Positions 18,430 to 28,928 of a DNA stretch of 50,970 nucleotides are shown here, one piece after another. This DNA is from a virus (taxonomy: Duplodnaviria; Caudoviricetes), in the IMG/VR virus record IMGVR_UViG_3300045996_001085, positions 1 to 50,970 of that record; one strand, given 5' to 3'. How positions within the stretch are numbered: the stretch's first letter is position 1; each line of letters starts with the position of its first letter. The notes below the pieces were generated by a model that made no database searches, was not told where the DNA came from, and worked only from the letters and a program-made list of their open reading frames with translations. The translations under genes were made by a program, and so were the position numbers.

Positions 18430-21147
18430 ATGGCACGCATTCCTGACTCATCTCAGCTCGGGTACAGCGTTCCGCGCACCCCACGTACGCCGCGCTTTCA
18501 GGATCGCTCAGGAGAAATCGTTGCCGATGCGGTGGGGCGATTCGCGCAGACCGCGGGTCAAGCGGCGTATCAGATCCAAGAGAAAGATGATCAGTTCGGC
18601 TTTGCGCGCGCCAAGACGGCGCTACTGCAAGCAGATGTTGATGCGCGCAACGCGCTTGAGAATGACGGCGACTGGCAGACCTACGAGAAACGCTATTCGG
18701 AGAAAATGACCCAAGCGCGCGAAAAAGCCGCCGGAATGATCCGCGGCAACCGCGATCGCGCGTTGTTCGACATGGACGCCAAGCTCGACTTCGACCGCGG
18801 CGTTGGCGAGGTTCGCAACATTGCCAAGCGAAAGGAGGTCGACTGGGGGCGCGCGTCCCTTGATGAGATGCTCGAAAGTAGCCGCACGGCGGCCTTGAGC
18901 GCCAAGGATGAGCAGACGCGTGCGGCGCTTATCGCAGCGACCCAAGACGCTATTGAAGGCGCGCGGCTTAAAGGCTACCTGACTGAGCAGGAGGCAACAA
19001 ATCAACGGCAGCTATGGACCGCCAGCTATGCCGAAGGCTTCGTTGGCATGCAGCCGGCGGAGAAGAGGATTGAGCTTCTTTCTCAGCGGTCTCGATCCGC
19101 GGAAGGGCCGCTCGCTGAAGTGTATGCAGATTACCCCGGGCTTGCTCAATACGGCTTTCAGTTCAGGGATTCGCCGGGTCTGGGTCGCGGACGAAAGCTT
19201 GAGTTTTATCCGCCGGGCGAGTCGCACAGTCCGTTCGAAGACAAAACTCGCCCTGGTATTGAGCGCTTTGATCCGGCGATGGGCAAGACAGATTTCTTTG
19301 GTGAAATGCTTCACCACGTTCCGCGTGTGGATAAACGCGTTGGAGAGATGCGTGATGCATTTCAGGATTCGATCACTGCGGAGCAGGAAGAGCAGTGGTT
19401 GAGAGGAGACTATCAGTCCCAACTCAAAAAGGGGATTTTCGGCGAAAGAGTTCCAACCTTTGATCAGTGGTTGAAGAAGCAGGGCGGCGACGCGTTCTTC
19501 CGCGGGTTTCTCACCGGGCAATATCCTTCTGAGGCATATACGCCCGGGCAGAAAGAAATGTTCATGCAGCTAGATGCTCAATTACGCGAGGGGCAATCCC
19601 AGAGAGCTGGATCGGTTGCAGATCTAATCGCTCCGGATCGACGGGCGGAGTTGCTCAAGATTGCACAAAATGAGAAGCGCATCGCCGATGAGCGCGCAGA
19701 AGCTGAGGCTCGTAAGGCGACCGTCAACAGCACATCGGCCAGAATCATTTCCGAATATACGAAGCATGGCCCGGAGGCTGGAGCGGCAGCGCTGCAAAAG
19801 CTGAACCTCAAACCAGAGGTGATGCGCGAAGTCTGGAACTCGGTCAATTCCGATCTGTCTCGCCTGCGCGAAGTCCGTCAGCAAGAGAATGCGTCAGCAA
19901 TTGCTGATCTCAATAGTCGGATCCAGAGCGAAACAGCCGGGTCTGACGCCTTAGTCGAAGCCGATCTATTGTGGAACAAGGGAGCATTCACGCCAGCGGA
20001 GTATGCGTCGGCTGTTGGCCGGATTGAGGCGAGCCAGCTACGCGGCGCGACGAATGCAGCAACGGCTACCGAGATTCGCCGCGCGCTAGAGACTGGCGTG
20101 CCGCTGGACCCAGCCAACGAAACCATTCGCAAAGCGCTTAGCACGACTTTCAAACAAGACGTCCAAGACGTCCCAATTGGATCGCCAGCGTGGCAGGCGG
20201 CTGCCGGCGCTTACGCGACGCGGACTCGAATGCTGCCGGAGCCAGCGATTGCATGGACCCGCGCGTCAATGCGTTCGCCAGACCCGAGCATTGTGGCCGC
20301 CGCCGCCGAATTCATCGGCGGCATCGATACGACGGCAGGTGATGCCCTGAGTGGCCTGGACGCCAACACGAAGGCCATGGCCGGCATGATCAATTCGATG
20401 ATCTCCGCGGGCACCGATCCGAAGAAAGCGGCAGAGATGGCGCGCAGTCAAATCCTGGATGCAAACCCGGCCATCGTGAAATCGCGGGAAGATCAATACG
20501 CGAAGGGTGGGCAGGACTCCCTCGCAGCCTCGTCCACCGGAACGTTGCGCGGCTTAGTCGATCGCGATTTTGACTCGTGGGCATCGGCCGAGCCTGCGGT
20601 TACCCAGGCGCTGGATGTGGATTTTCGGGACCAGGTTGGACGGTACTTCGTCCGTACCGGAGACATTGAGCTGTCGAACGAACTCGCTTGGGCAGATTTG
20701 AAGCGGGTCTATGGACCGACCTATGTCAACGGCGGGCGCCAGATGATGGCTTTCCCGCCGGAAAGGTTTGGCGTGACTCGCGAGAACCTTCTGAAGGATC
20801 TCTCCTCATTCTTGGAGAGCAGCCCGCAGGCGGATGGGTCCACAGCGGATAATCTGATTCTTGTGCCAGACGCTTTGACAATGCGACAGGTCCGCGGTGC
20901 GCTGGATGGCAAGCCAGTGATGCCGTCATATCGACTCATGACGAAAAGCGGAGACCTCGCGCTAAACGCAAAGGGAGAGCCTCAGCGGTACAGCTTGCCC
21001 GGCAGTGAAGACATGGTCGAACAGTTGAAGCTATCAGAACAAGCCGCGGCTGCCGCCGCGGCAGCGCAGATTGAAGAAGCGCGTCGAGCTCGTGCTGAGA
21101 GAGCAAAGCGCGATCACGGCTATAGCGGGCCTGGAATTCTACGCTGA
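18430..21147 (+). CDS. Internal virion (ejection) protein, gp15-like
   Basis: 905 aa helical protein starting MARIP, position. Confidence 0.7.
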   Translation: MARIPDSSQLGYSVPRTPRTPRFQDRSGEIVADAVGRFAQTAGQAAYQIQEKDDQFGFARAKTALLQADVDARNALENDGDWQTYEKRYSEKMTQAREKAAGMIRGNRDRALFDMDAKLDFDRGVGEVRNIAKRKEVDWGRASLDEMLESSRTAALSAKDEQTRAALIAATQDAIEGARLKGYLTEQEATNQRQLWTASYAEGFVGMQPAEKRIELLSQRSRSAEGPLAEVYADYPGLAQYGFQFRDSPGLGRGRKLEFYPPGESHSPFEDKTRPGIERFDPAMGKTDFFGEMLHHVPRVDKRVGEMRDAFQDSITAEQEEQWLRGDYQSQLKKGIFGERVPTFDQWLKKQGGDAFFRGFLTGQYPSEAYTPGQKEMFMQLDAQLREGQSQRAGSVADLIAPDRRAELLKIAQNEKRIADERAEAEARKATVNSTSARIISEYTKHGPEAGAAALQKLNLKPEVMREVWNSVNSDLSRLREVRQQENASAIADLNSRIQSETAGSDALVEADLLWNKGAFTPAEYASAVGRIEASQLRGATNAATATEIRRALETGVPLDPANETIRKALSTTFKQDVQDVPIGSPAWQAAAGAYATRTRMLPEPAIAWTRASMRSPDPSIVAAAAEFIGGIDTTAGDALSGLDANTKAMAGMINSMISAGTDPKKAAEMARSQILDANPAIVKSREDQYAKGGQDSLAASSTGTLRGLVDRDFDSWASAEPAVTQALDVDFRDQVGRYFVRTGDIELSNELAWADLKRVYGPTYVNGGRQMMAFPPERFGVTRENLLKDLSSFLESSPQADGSTADNLILVPDALTMRQVRGALDGKPVMPSYRLMTKSGDLALNAKGEPQRYSLPGSEDMVEQLKLSEQAAAAAAAAQIEEARRARAERAKRDHGYSGPGILR

Positions 21148-24100
21148 TGCCCGTGACCTCCGATCCTCGTTACTCGCAATCGGCCATCGCGGGGCCGGTA
21201 AACTCTGGTCTGTTCGCTCGACCGACTGAGGAGATCGAGCCATCAACGCTGGAAGTGTTCTCAGCAGCCGCACGGCAATCAAACATTGCCGGCGCTGCGT
21301 ACGAGCGATTCTCGAATCCTGATCCGGACTTGCCGGATGCTCCTGCCGGATGGGACCCGCTCGACCATATTGCGGGTTACGAAGAGTTTGCCCACAACCT
21401 AAGCGATGCTCGAACGCCATCGCAGCTCGCTGGCATGATCAATCGCATCGAATCGTACAAGGCAGACAAAGAATCCTTGCGTCGCGCGGGCCTCGGTGGC
21501 TTCGGCGCTGAAGTCACGATGAACATTCTGGATCCTACGTTCTTGGCATCCATCGCCGTTCCCGAGGCCGCGTTGGCACGCTCTACTCGACTCTATCGCG
21601 CTGGACAGGCAGCAGCGCGTGGAGCTGCGGAGGCTGGTGCGTATGAGATAGGAATGCACGCTCTGCAGGAAAATCGAACTGCCCAGGAATCGATTTTCAG
21701 CGTCGGCGCGGGGGCGCTGCTTGGTGGCGTTCTGGGGTCCATTCTGAAGAGGGCTGAGCGCACGGAAATGCAGCCGATCATGGATGTGGTGGATCAGGAG
21801 ATGCGATCCATGAGGTCCACCGGTGGCGCGGCGGCGTCGATGCGTGAATCGACGCTTGCGCGTGAATCTCTCGCCGCGGGTGGTAAGCAGATGTCCGGTG
21901 CGATGGAAAAAATCCCGCTGCTTGGTACGGACCTGGACAAGGTCATGGCTTCGGATTCTGTGGTCGCGAAGCAGGTGCTTCAGGAAACCGCAGACGTGCC
22001 GGCTATCCTCGGGAAAAACCTCGAAGGCGAGGCTACGCCCGCATCGGTTGAGTCATTCGCATCACGTCATGATGCGAGGCTCGCCGACTTCGCAGATGAC
22101 TCGCGCCGGCAGTGGGTTGCTTATAAGAAGCGAGTACCGAGCGGCGAGCGCATGTCCGAAGGGGACTTCTATACCGCCATCGCCTCGGCCTCACGTCGCA
22201 GTGATTCGGTCGGGATTCCAGAGGTTGACGCATCTGCAAAGCTCCTCCGCGATCGAGTGTTTGATCCATTGAAGCGGGATGCGATCGACCTCGGATTGCT
22301 TGAGGATCCAGTGCAGGCCGCGCAACGTGCGGCAGAGAAGAGGGCCGTCGACAAGTACGTCGCAGCGGAGACTCGTCAGATCTATGACAACTATCGGGCG
22401 CGCGTCAATCAAGCAATTGCAGAAACAGATTCCGTGGATGCGGTACGCGGAACGACCGGGCTAGCCGGAGATGCCCTGCCAGCCGGGGAACGATCAGCAG
22501 CGATTCGCGCTGAACTCGAACGCGCTACCGATGTTGAGCGAGCTGCGTCACAGCGAGCATTGGATGATATAGATGAGCGTGTTGCTCAGGCTGAGCGGAA
22601 GCTTGATGAGACGCTCGCCACGCTGAAAACACAGAGGGATTCGGACCTAGCTGCGCTGCGAGCACAGAATGAGGCGAATGCCGCTGCGGCCAATACATCG
22701 ACCAAGTCCACGCGCGAGTCGCTTGCAGATGAGCTGACCAGGGCGTTGGCCACGGAAAGGCAGGTTCGGACTGATTCAGTCAACATTGCTGAGGAGGCGC
22801 TGGAAAACGCGCAGCGCGATTACGCGCGCGAACGCTCTAGAATCAGCCGAGATGTCGAACCGAAAAAAAGGCGCCAGGAACTGCTACGCGCGAAACTTGC
22901 GCTGCAGGAGGCCAAGAAAAAGCGCGCGGTGGCCGTTGAGCAGGCGAAGACTCATTTCTCTCAAGCCACCAGTAAATTGCGTGAGCGCTTCGGAAAGGAC
23001 TCGCTGAAGGCGGCCTCGAAAGCGGTTAGGGAAGAACCCAGTTTGCGCGCTGCTTATGAGCACGGTCGTGATGTTGAGAGCGCCAGAGCGCAACTCCAGC
23101 GCCAACGTATGATTGCGAGCAGAGATAGGGCAGCTGAGAAGACCCGAGCACGTGATTCGATAGGGGCATTGAATAAGAAAGCCTCGACAGATCTTGAGAG
23201 GTTGCGCCCGGAGAGTCGCAAGAGATTTGTCGCCCGCGCGAAGCGGGTTGCACGCGGCGTGGCAGACGATAGCCCTGAGGTCAACGAGCTTGCAAAGCTT
23301 TTGAGGGAGCAGGGCTCAGGAACGCTTGGCAAGCGCGTCACCGTGCCAAAGGTAGACGAGCGCTACGTAAAGCGCGTCACAGGAGCCGACTCCTACTTCC
23401 GTCGAATGTATGACCGCGAATCCATTCGCGCAAACCTGCCCGAGTGGAAGCGCGTGCTTCGAAATTGGTTTATGCGCTCTGGCAATGCAGATGCATCTGA
23501 GGTGGATGCTGCGATCGAGGACGTGACGAAGAAAATTCTCGGTGCTGACGTGGGCCAGGCGAATTTCGCTACGAAGATTACGGTGCCTAAGGCGGGGCCA
23601 CTTCAGGAACGAACGCTCGACATTCCCGATCAGCTGATCGAGAAATTCCTCGTAAACGATCCGCTCAAAGTGGCTCGCGCCTATGTTCGCGAGCTCGGGC
23701 CTCAGGTTGAAATGAAGCGTCGATTCGGCGATGTGGACATGAGTCAACAGCTGCAGTCTGTGTCCGACGATTACGCGATCATGAGAAAGCGCATCGAAGA
23801 CTCAAGGATGCCAGAAAAACAGAAGACGAAGGAACTGAATCGGCTCATTGAGCAAGAGAAAAATATGAAGGAAGCGCTGATCCGAATCAGAGATCGCATC
23901 CTTGGGCGAGCCGGCAGGCTAGGGCCGGACGTGTCTGAAGGCGGGCGGCGGGCAGTCATGGCAGCACGAGGTTGGCGAAACTGGGTAGCCTCCGCGCGTT
24001 TGGGCGCCACAGCTCTGACGGGCGGAACAATGGATACGGCTCGCATCGCCGCTCAATACGGATTCCTTCCGACCTTTCGAAAGCTGGCGCAGCTCGTCGG

Positions 24101-25229
24101 TTCGAAAAGCTTTCGTAAACTGTCGAAAGAACACGCTCGCCGTGCGGCATCTGCCGTTGAAGTGGCGTTGTCTCGGCGCGTCCAGGCGGCCTATGACGGT
24201 GCGTTGACCGAAGGTTGGACCGAGAAACTCGCGAACGGCCTGTACAAGTACACCGGCTTGAATCACATCATGGATTTCAACCGGACGCTGGCAGCTTCGT
24301 TGTTTGAAGACGCGGTGATATCGTCTGCAAAGGCGGTGGCCAGTGGTAAGTCAGTGCCGCGCGGCGCTCGAGCGCGGCTGGCGTCCATCGGCATTGGGAC
24401 TGACGAGCTTCAGCGTATCGCCGCGGAAATCGAGAAGCACGGCGGTGAACTTGATGGAATCGGTGTATCTGGCTCTGCCGATTGGGATGACAAGGCACTC
24501 GCCGATCTGTACGACGCAGCCGTATTGCGAGAGTCGAAGATTGTTGTCCAGCAGCCCGGGGCTGCGGATCGTGTGTGGTGGATGGATTCCGAGACCGGCA
24601 AGCTGATCGGGCAACTTAAGTCGTTTTCGCTCTCGGCCCCGGCACGCTTGTTGATGCCTCCGGTTCAAGCATTGGGCCGAGGTGAGTATGCAACTGCCGC
24701 TCGATTCATTGGCTATATGTTGATCGGTGGTTATCTCACTCACTCACTGCGTCAAACGCTCGCCGGCAAGGAGCCGACAACAGATCCAAAGACCGCGGCC
24801 GTGGAGGCGATCACCGAATCGGGTGTCATGGGGATCTTTCCGGACCTGCTGTCACCGGTGGGTAGGCGCCTCGGCCTCGCGGAATCGGCTCGTCTATCTG
24901 ATCGCAACGTGCTTTCGGCTTACGGTGGTCCTGCGCTGGGTCTTGCTGGCGACGTGTACGACTTCGCCATGAACAGAACTGAGGACGGGATATCCGCCCG
25001 GGATCTGCACATGCTTCGCCGCATGTTGCCATTCAACAATGCGTGGATGCTCCGAAGACAGATCAATGCATTAGAGGGAGAGGCCGCGGAAGCGCTCGAT
25101 CTGCGTGGCGCGGACAGTGATGACTTTCTCGGAAGGATTGTGCGGACCGACGCCGTGCTTCCGTCAGGGCAGCGTGGCGGAACTGGGACTGGTAAGCAGG
25201 AAGGCCAGATTCTATTGTCTGGCACCTGA
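21147..25229 (+). CDS. Large internal virion (ejection) protein, gp16-like
   Basis: 1360 aa; GKLIGQLKSF, LRRMLPFNNAW C-terminal motifs; long coiled-coil insert. Confidence 0.75.
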   Translation: MPVTSDPRYSQSAIAGPVNSGLFARPTEEIEPSTLEVFSAAARQSNIAGAAYERFSNPDPDLPDAPAGWDPLDHIAGYEEFAHNLSDARTPSQLAGMINRIESYKADKESLRRAGLGGFGAEVTMNILDPTFLASIAVPEAALARSTRLYRAGQAAARGAAEAGAYEIGMHALQENRTAQESIFSVGAGALLGGVLGSILKRAERTEMQPIMDVVDQEMRSMRSTGGAAASMRESTLARESLAAGGKQMSGAMEKIPLLGTDLDKVMASDSVVAKQVLQETADVPAILGKNLEGEATPASVESFASRHDARLADFADDSRRQWVAYKKRVPSGERMSEGDFYTAIASASRRSDSVGIPEVDASAKLLRDRVFDPLKRDAIDLGLLEDPVQAAQRAAEKRAVDKYVAAETRQIYDNYRARVNQAIAETDSVDAVRGTTGLAGDALPAGERSAAIRAELERATDVERAASQRALDDIDERVAQAERKLDETLATLKTQRDSDLAALRAQNEANAAAANTSTKSTRESLADELTRALATERQVRTDSVNIAEEALENAQRDYARERSRISRDVEPKKRRQELLRAKLALQEAKKKRAVAVEQAKTHFSQATSKLRERFGKDSLKAASKAVREEPSLRAAYEHGRDVESARAQLQRQRMIASRDRAAEKTRARDSIGALNKKASTDLERLRPESRKRFVARAKRVARGVADDSPEVNELAKLLREQGSGTLGKRVTVPKVDERYVKRVTGADSYFRRMYDRESIRANLPEWKRVLRNWFMRSGNADASEVDAAIEDVTKKILGADVGQANFATKITVPKAGPLQERTLDIPDQLIEKFLVNDPLKVARAYVRELGPQVEMKRRFGDVDMSQQLQSVSDDYAIMRKRIEDSRMPEKQKTKELNRLIEQEKNMKEALIRIRDRILGRAGRLGPDVSEGGRRAVMAARGWRNWVASARLGATALTGGTMDTARIAAQYGFLPTFRKLAQLVGSKSFRKLSKEHARRAASAVEVALSRRVQAAYDGALTEGWTEKLANGLYKYTGLNHIMDFNRTLAASLFEDAVISSAKAVASGKSVPRGARARLASIGIGTDELQRIAAEIEKHGGELDGIGVSGSADWDDKALADLYDAAVLRESKIVVQQPGAADRVWWMDSETGKLIGQLKSFSLSAPARLLMPPVQALGRGEYATAARFIGYMLIGGYLTHSLRQTLAGKEPTTDPKTAAVEAITESGVMGIFPDLLSPVGRRLGLAESARLSDRNVLSAYGGPALGLAGDVYDFAMNRTEDGISARDLHMLRRMLPFNNAWMLRRQINALEGEAAEALDLRGADSDDFLGRIVRTDAVLPSGQRGGTGTGKQEGQILLSGT

Positions 25230-25622
25230 TTTATAAGTGGAAATGAACTCGGCCGCCCTGATGGCGACATCCTCAAGCATGTTGCCATCCTGGCCCCATT
25301 GAACGGTGCCTTTCCAGTTTCCGCCTTCCTGCTCAATTAGGGTTTCGGTGACGTTGTCGCCATCGATGATGCGGATCCGAAGCTTGATGTGCGAGTCGCC
25401 GGCGAATGGGCCAAGAAATATTCGCTTGCCCTTTCCTGAAATATCGATGCTTTCAATGATCGGCTCGACTTTCACGCCTTCAGGCAGCGCCTGAACTGCC
25501 GGCAGCGTGTATTCGTCCAATCGTTCCTGAACCGCTTCGGCTTCGTCACCCGTGACGGGTAGCAGTTCGCCTGCCGAGACTGGCTGAGCAATAAGCAGCG
25601 CGAAGCAACATAGAAGCTTCAT
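25212..25622 (-). CDS. Exported protein (moron) in reverse orientation
   Basis: Signal peptide MKLLCCFALLIAQPVSA; GGAGGG RBS. Confidence 0.65.
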   Translation of the reverse strand: MKLLCCFALLIAQPVSAGELLPVTGDEAEAVQERLDEYTLPAVQALPEGVKVEPIIESIDISGKGKRIFLGPFAGDSHIKLRIRIIDGDNVTETLIEQEGGNWKGTVQWGQDGNMLEDVAIRAAEFISTYKSGARQ

Positions 25623-25692
25623 AGACCCTCCTGTGTCCCACGGACTCTACGGGAGCGGCGTGATTTTGCAAATTGATCCGTTGGAGATGTGA

Positions 25693-27393
25693 ATGCCATC
25701 AACCGCAACGTCGATTCTCGACGGGCTTTCGACCAGTGTGGCAGTGAAGGCCCCGTGTCGAACTGTCGCCATATCGAACATCACGCTCGCTGGCCTGCAG
25801 ACGATCAGCGGGTATACAACCGTCGAAGACGATCGTGTGCTGGTCAAGGGACAGACTGACCCTGTAGAAAACGGCATCTACATGGCGAGTACTGGCCAGT
25901 GGAGGCGTTCAAAGGATGCTGACGGCAATAGAGATTTGGTTCAGGGAACGCGGGTAATCGTCCGAAGCTCCACCGTAGATGGCGCTGAGTACGAGCTCAC
26001 GACCGCCAACCCGATCGTCATCGGCACAACCGCGCTCACGTTCGAGCTGCGGTACGGCGCGAACGCGACTTGGGATCAAACGGAAGACGAAATCGCGGCC
26101 GGCGTGACGCCGATCAACACCGGCATTGAGCCCGGGTATGTCTACCGCTATGGGTCAAATGCGGTTCCAGGCACGACGAATATGACTTCCGCCATTCAGG
26201 CGGCGCTTGATGCAAATGATGTCGTGTACCTACCAAACGACGACATGGCATTCACTAATGTCACGATCCCGGCGAATCGAACGGTTATTGGTCAAGGTCC
26301 ACGCAACAGCCGCCTGATTCAAACCGCTGGAACGACTGGATACGCGATTGAGTTCGAGGACTTGTCTTCGTCAGACATCTCTGAAGGCGCCACTTGGTTC
26401 AAAGGATTCGCCGTTCATGTGGCCACGACTTCGCATGGTATTCACATGGATGGAGTCAACGCCTCCATGTTTCTGACTGACAACTTCCGGCTCTACTCGA
26501 GGCATGCTGAGTCTCTTGGGAGTCCACCGTACTCGACAACGGCAAATCAGCGCGGTATTTACATTCAAAACGGCAGTGCCGGATCAATCTTCTTCGCGCA
26601 CCACCGCAACCTAGAAATTCGGTCGTTCGACATCGCGATCGATGCGGACGACATAATCAACGAATGGTGCATCCACGGCTGGATACTCGATTGCAGAATT
26701 GCTGTCAGGCTCACCGACTGCAGCACCTGGGATCTTAGCGGACTTACGGTCGAGACCGGAGTCGAGAACGCGCGTGCTCTGCAAACATTTGGCGCTGTCT
26801 CCAATATCAAATGGATTGGCGGGCGCTGGGAACTCACGCAGGCAGGTTGCTACGGATTAGAAGGGGATGGAAGCACGACCGGCGGCAATTGGAGGCTCGC
26901 TGCTATCAACGTATTGATCACCGGGGATGGCTCAGCGATCCCGGGGCAGAAGTGGACCGGAACGCTCCCAAATGATGTCGTCTTCGAAGGAACGGATACC
27001 GTTGGACCGTTCATGGTTATTCCCAACGCAAACCAGACACACCGCATGCCTCAGCGGATTGCTATTGGTGGATCAGGGCTCGGTAACGGCCGCATCACAA
27101 TTGGACGCGATTCAGGTGCCGCTGACGGCACGTTCGAGCACGATGGTACGCATCACGTCATCACTGCCGGCAACTCGCTCAAGCTCCGCGGTGATGGTAC
27201 GTCGAACGATCGACTGGAGGTGAATGGCACGCGAGTAATTGTCACGGGAGCGGATGGCGCAACCGGGTACACCGCTGCTCTGCGCTTCGGCACAAACTCA
27301 TACCTATGGGTCGACTCCACCGGTGATCTTCGTATCAAGCAAGGCACGCCGACCAGCGACACAGATGGCAGTGTTGTTGGTACACAGTCCTAG
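25693..27393 (+). CDS. Tailspike/tail fibre with pectate-lyase-like beta-helix
   Basis: N-terminal DRVLVKGQTDPVENGIY domain, TSAIQAALDA..VYLP, C-terminal LWVDSTGDLRIK..PTSDTDG. Confidence 0.8.
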   Translation: MPSTATSILDGLSTSVAVKAPCRTVAISNITLAGLQTISGYTTVEDDRVLVKGQTDPVENGIYMASTGQWRRSKDADGNRDLVQGTRVIVRSSTVDGAEYELTTANPIVIGTTALTFELRYGANATWDQTEDEIAAGVTPINTGIEPGYVYRYGSNAVPGTTNMTSAIQAALDANDVVYLPNDDMAFTNVTIPANRTVIGQGPRNSRLIQTAGTTGYAIEFEDLSSSDISEGATWFKGFAVHVATTSHGIHMDGVNASMFLTDNFRLYSRHAESLGSPPYSTTANQRGIYIQNGSAGSIFFAHHRNLEIRSFDIAIDADDIINEWCIHGWILDCRIAVRLTDCSTWDLSGLTVETGVENARALQTFGAVSNIKWIGGRWELTQAGCYGLEGDGSTTGGNWRLAAINVLITGDGSAIPGQKWTGTLPNDVVFEGTDTVGPFMVIPNANQTHRMPQRIAIGGSGLGNGRITIGRDSGAADGTFEHDGTHHVITAGNSLKLRGDGTSNDRLEVNGTRVIVTGADGATGYTAALRFGTNSYLWVDSTGDLRIKQGTPTSDTDGSVVGTQS

Positions 27394-27396
27394 AGC

Positions 27397-27882
27397 ATGG
27401 ACACGCAGCTTCCAGATGATTTCGATCCGACGAAGCTAGTTGACGATCCCGATCAAATGCAGCAACCACCCGAAAGCGGCAATGAAAAGAATCAGAGCAA
27501 CGGTTCGAAGCGCAATCGCCCCGATAAGGTAGAGGAATCTATGCATCCTTGGGACCTCCTCCGTAAGCACATCTTTGCCGGCAGCTGTTGTACCGGTGTC
27601 GCTGTTCTTTACGCTCTATCGAGCTGGGATCACGGGTGGATCCCGGGCCTGCAAAGTCCGTTCGCTTCGTCGAGTGAGTTTCAGAAGTCGAGAGATGAAA
27701 TGACGTCGCTGAAGAGTGATGTGAACGAGATAGTTATTTTGAGCATCGCCAGGGCCATCCGTGATCTGCAAGACGAAATGTGTGAGGGCTGGACGCGTTC
27801 TAAAGCCGATCGGCTGGACGAGCTGCAGTACAAGTATCAGGCGCGAACTGGCAACCGATATCCTGATCGGCAGCGTTGCTGA
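27397..27882 (+). CDS. Membrane protein in lysis region (start may be 27541)
   Basis: One hydrophobic segment followed by a helical domain with two Cys. Confidence 0.45.
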   Translation: MDTQLPDDFDPTKLVDDPDQMQQPPESGNEKNQSNGSKRNRPDKVEESMHPWDLLRKHIFAGSCCTGVAVLYALSSWDHGWIPGLQSPFASSSEFQKSRDEMTSLKSDVNEIVILSIARAIRDLQDEMCEGWTRSKADRLDELQYKYQARTGNRYPDRQRC

Positions 27883-27971
27883 TGTCACGTAGGCGAAAGT
27901 GCTAATGGCGCAGATCACTTGGTTTGCGTGCTGGTTCGTGATGGCTTGCGTTGTTGGATGGACAAATCGAA

Positions 27972-28406
27972 ATGATTGCAATCGAGCGGATTATTGACCG
28001 CCTAGTGGACGATGAAGGCGAAGTGCTTCACGCCTACGAAGATCATCGTGGCTTCATCACTATCGGCGTCGGGCGCTTGATTGATCGTAAGCGCGGAGGC
28101 GGGATTACTCGCGATGAATCGCGCTACCTGCTTGCGAACGACATCCGAAAGTGGATCGCGATTGCTGGCCAGTGGGGCTGGTTCGAAGCGCTGAGCTGGC
28201 CGAGGCAGGGCGTCATTATATGCATGCTCCACCAGCTCGGTGCCCGTGGCGTTGCTAATTTCGGAAAGATGATCGCCGCACTCGCCAGAAGTGACTTTGA
28301 GACCGCGGCCGACGAGATGCTTGACAGCGCTTGGCATCGAGATCCAAAGACCCAGAAACGATGTGAGCTTATGGCGCAGATCATGCGCTCTGGAGAGTGG
28401 CAATGA
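27972..28406 (+). CDS. Endolysin, GH24/T4 lysozyme-like
   Basis: Catalytic E-x8-D-x5-T in DEGEVLHAYEDHRGFITIG; AADEMLDSAW. Confidence 0.88.
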   Translation: MIAIERIIDRLVDDEGEVLHAYEDHRGFITIGVGRLIDRKRGGGITRDESRYLLANDIRKWIAIAGQWGWFEALSWPRQGVIICMLHQLGARGVANFGKMIAALARSDFETAADEMLDSAWHRDPKTQKRCELMAQIMRSGEWQ

Positions 28407-28606
28407 AGATGTTAGTAGTTTTTTGGGTCGAGCACGGGACTAAGATCATCGGCACGCTCGCAACGTTTGTTGCAACGGGCCTGCTGATCGAGGGACTCAT
28501 CCCTGCCGACCATATGAAGTATTGGCTCTTCGCGAATGCGCTGCTAGGTGGCGCCACCGTGAAGCGTGGATTCACCAACGGTTCGAAAGGGGCACCCAGT
28601 GCGTAA
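28403..28606 (+). CDS. Holin
   Basis: Small, two hydrophobic segments, Met-Lys-Met start, follows endolysin. Confidence 0.6.
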   Translation: MKMLVVFWVEHGTKIIGTLATFVATGLLIEGLIPADHMKYWLFANALLGGATVKRGFTNGSKGAPSA

Positions 28607-28928
28607 ATTGCTTGTCCTTCCATTTCTTCTACTGCTGACGGCATGTGCCGCGCTCGGCGTGCCAAAGGCTGACACGTTTAATAAGCAAGTCGTCGTAGCC
28701 AATGGCATCGTGGAATCGGTCGCTACGACTGCAGCGTCATTGCATGCGGCCGGCAAAATTTCGGACGTTGAACGAACCAGCGTTTACAACCAGGGGACCG
28801 AGGCACGAGCCGGTATCGAAGTCGTGCGCCAGTTGCACGCGACCGATCCGCTAAGCGCGGAGAACCGACTCAACACCATCATCGTTGCGCTCACTGCGCT
28901 GCAGACACGACTGGAGGCTAAGCAATGA
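28599..28928 (+). CDS. Lipoprotein (spanin-like)
   Basis: GTG start, MRKLLVLPFLLLLTAC lipobox. Confidence 0.65.
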   Translation: MRKLLVLPFLLLLTACAALGVPKADTFNKQVVVANGIVESVATTAASLHAAGKISDVERTSVYNQGTEARAGIEVVRQLHATDPLSAENRLNTIIVALTALQTRLEAKQ

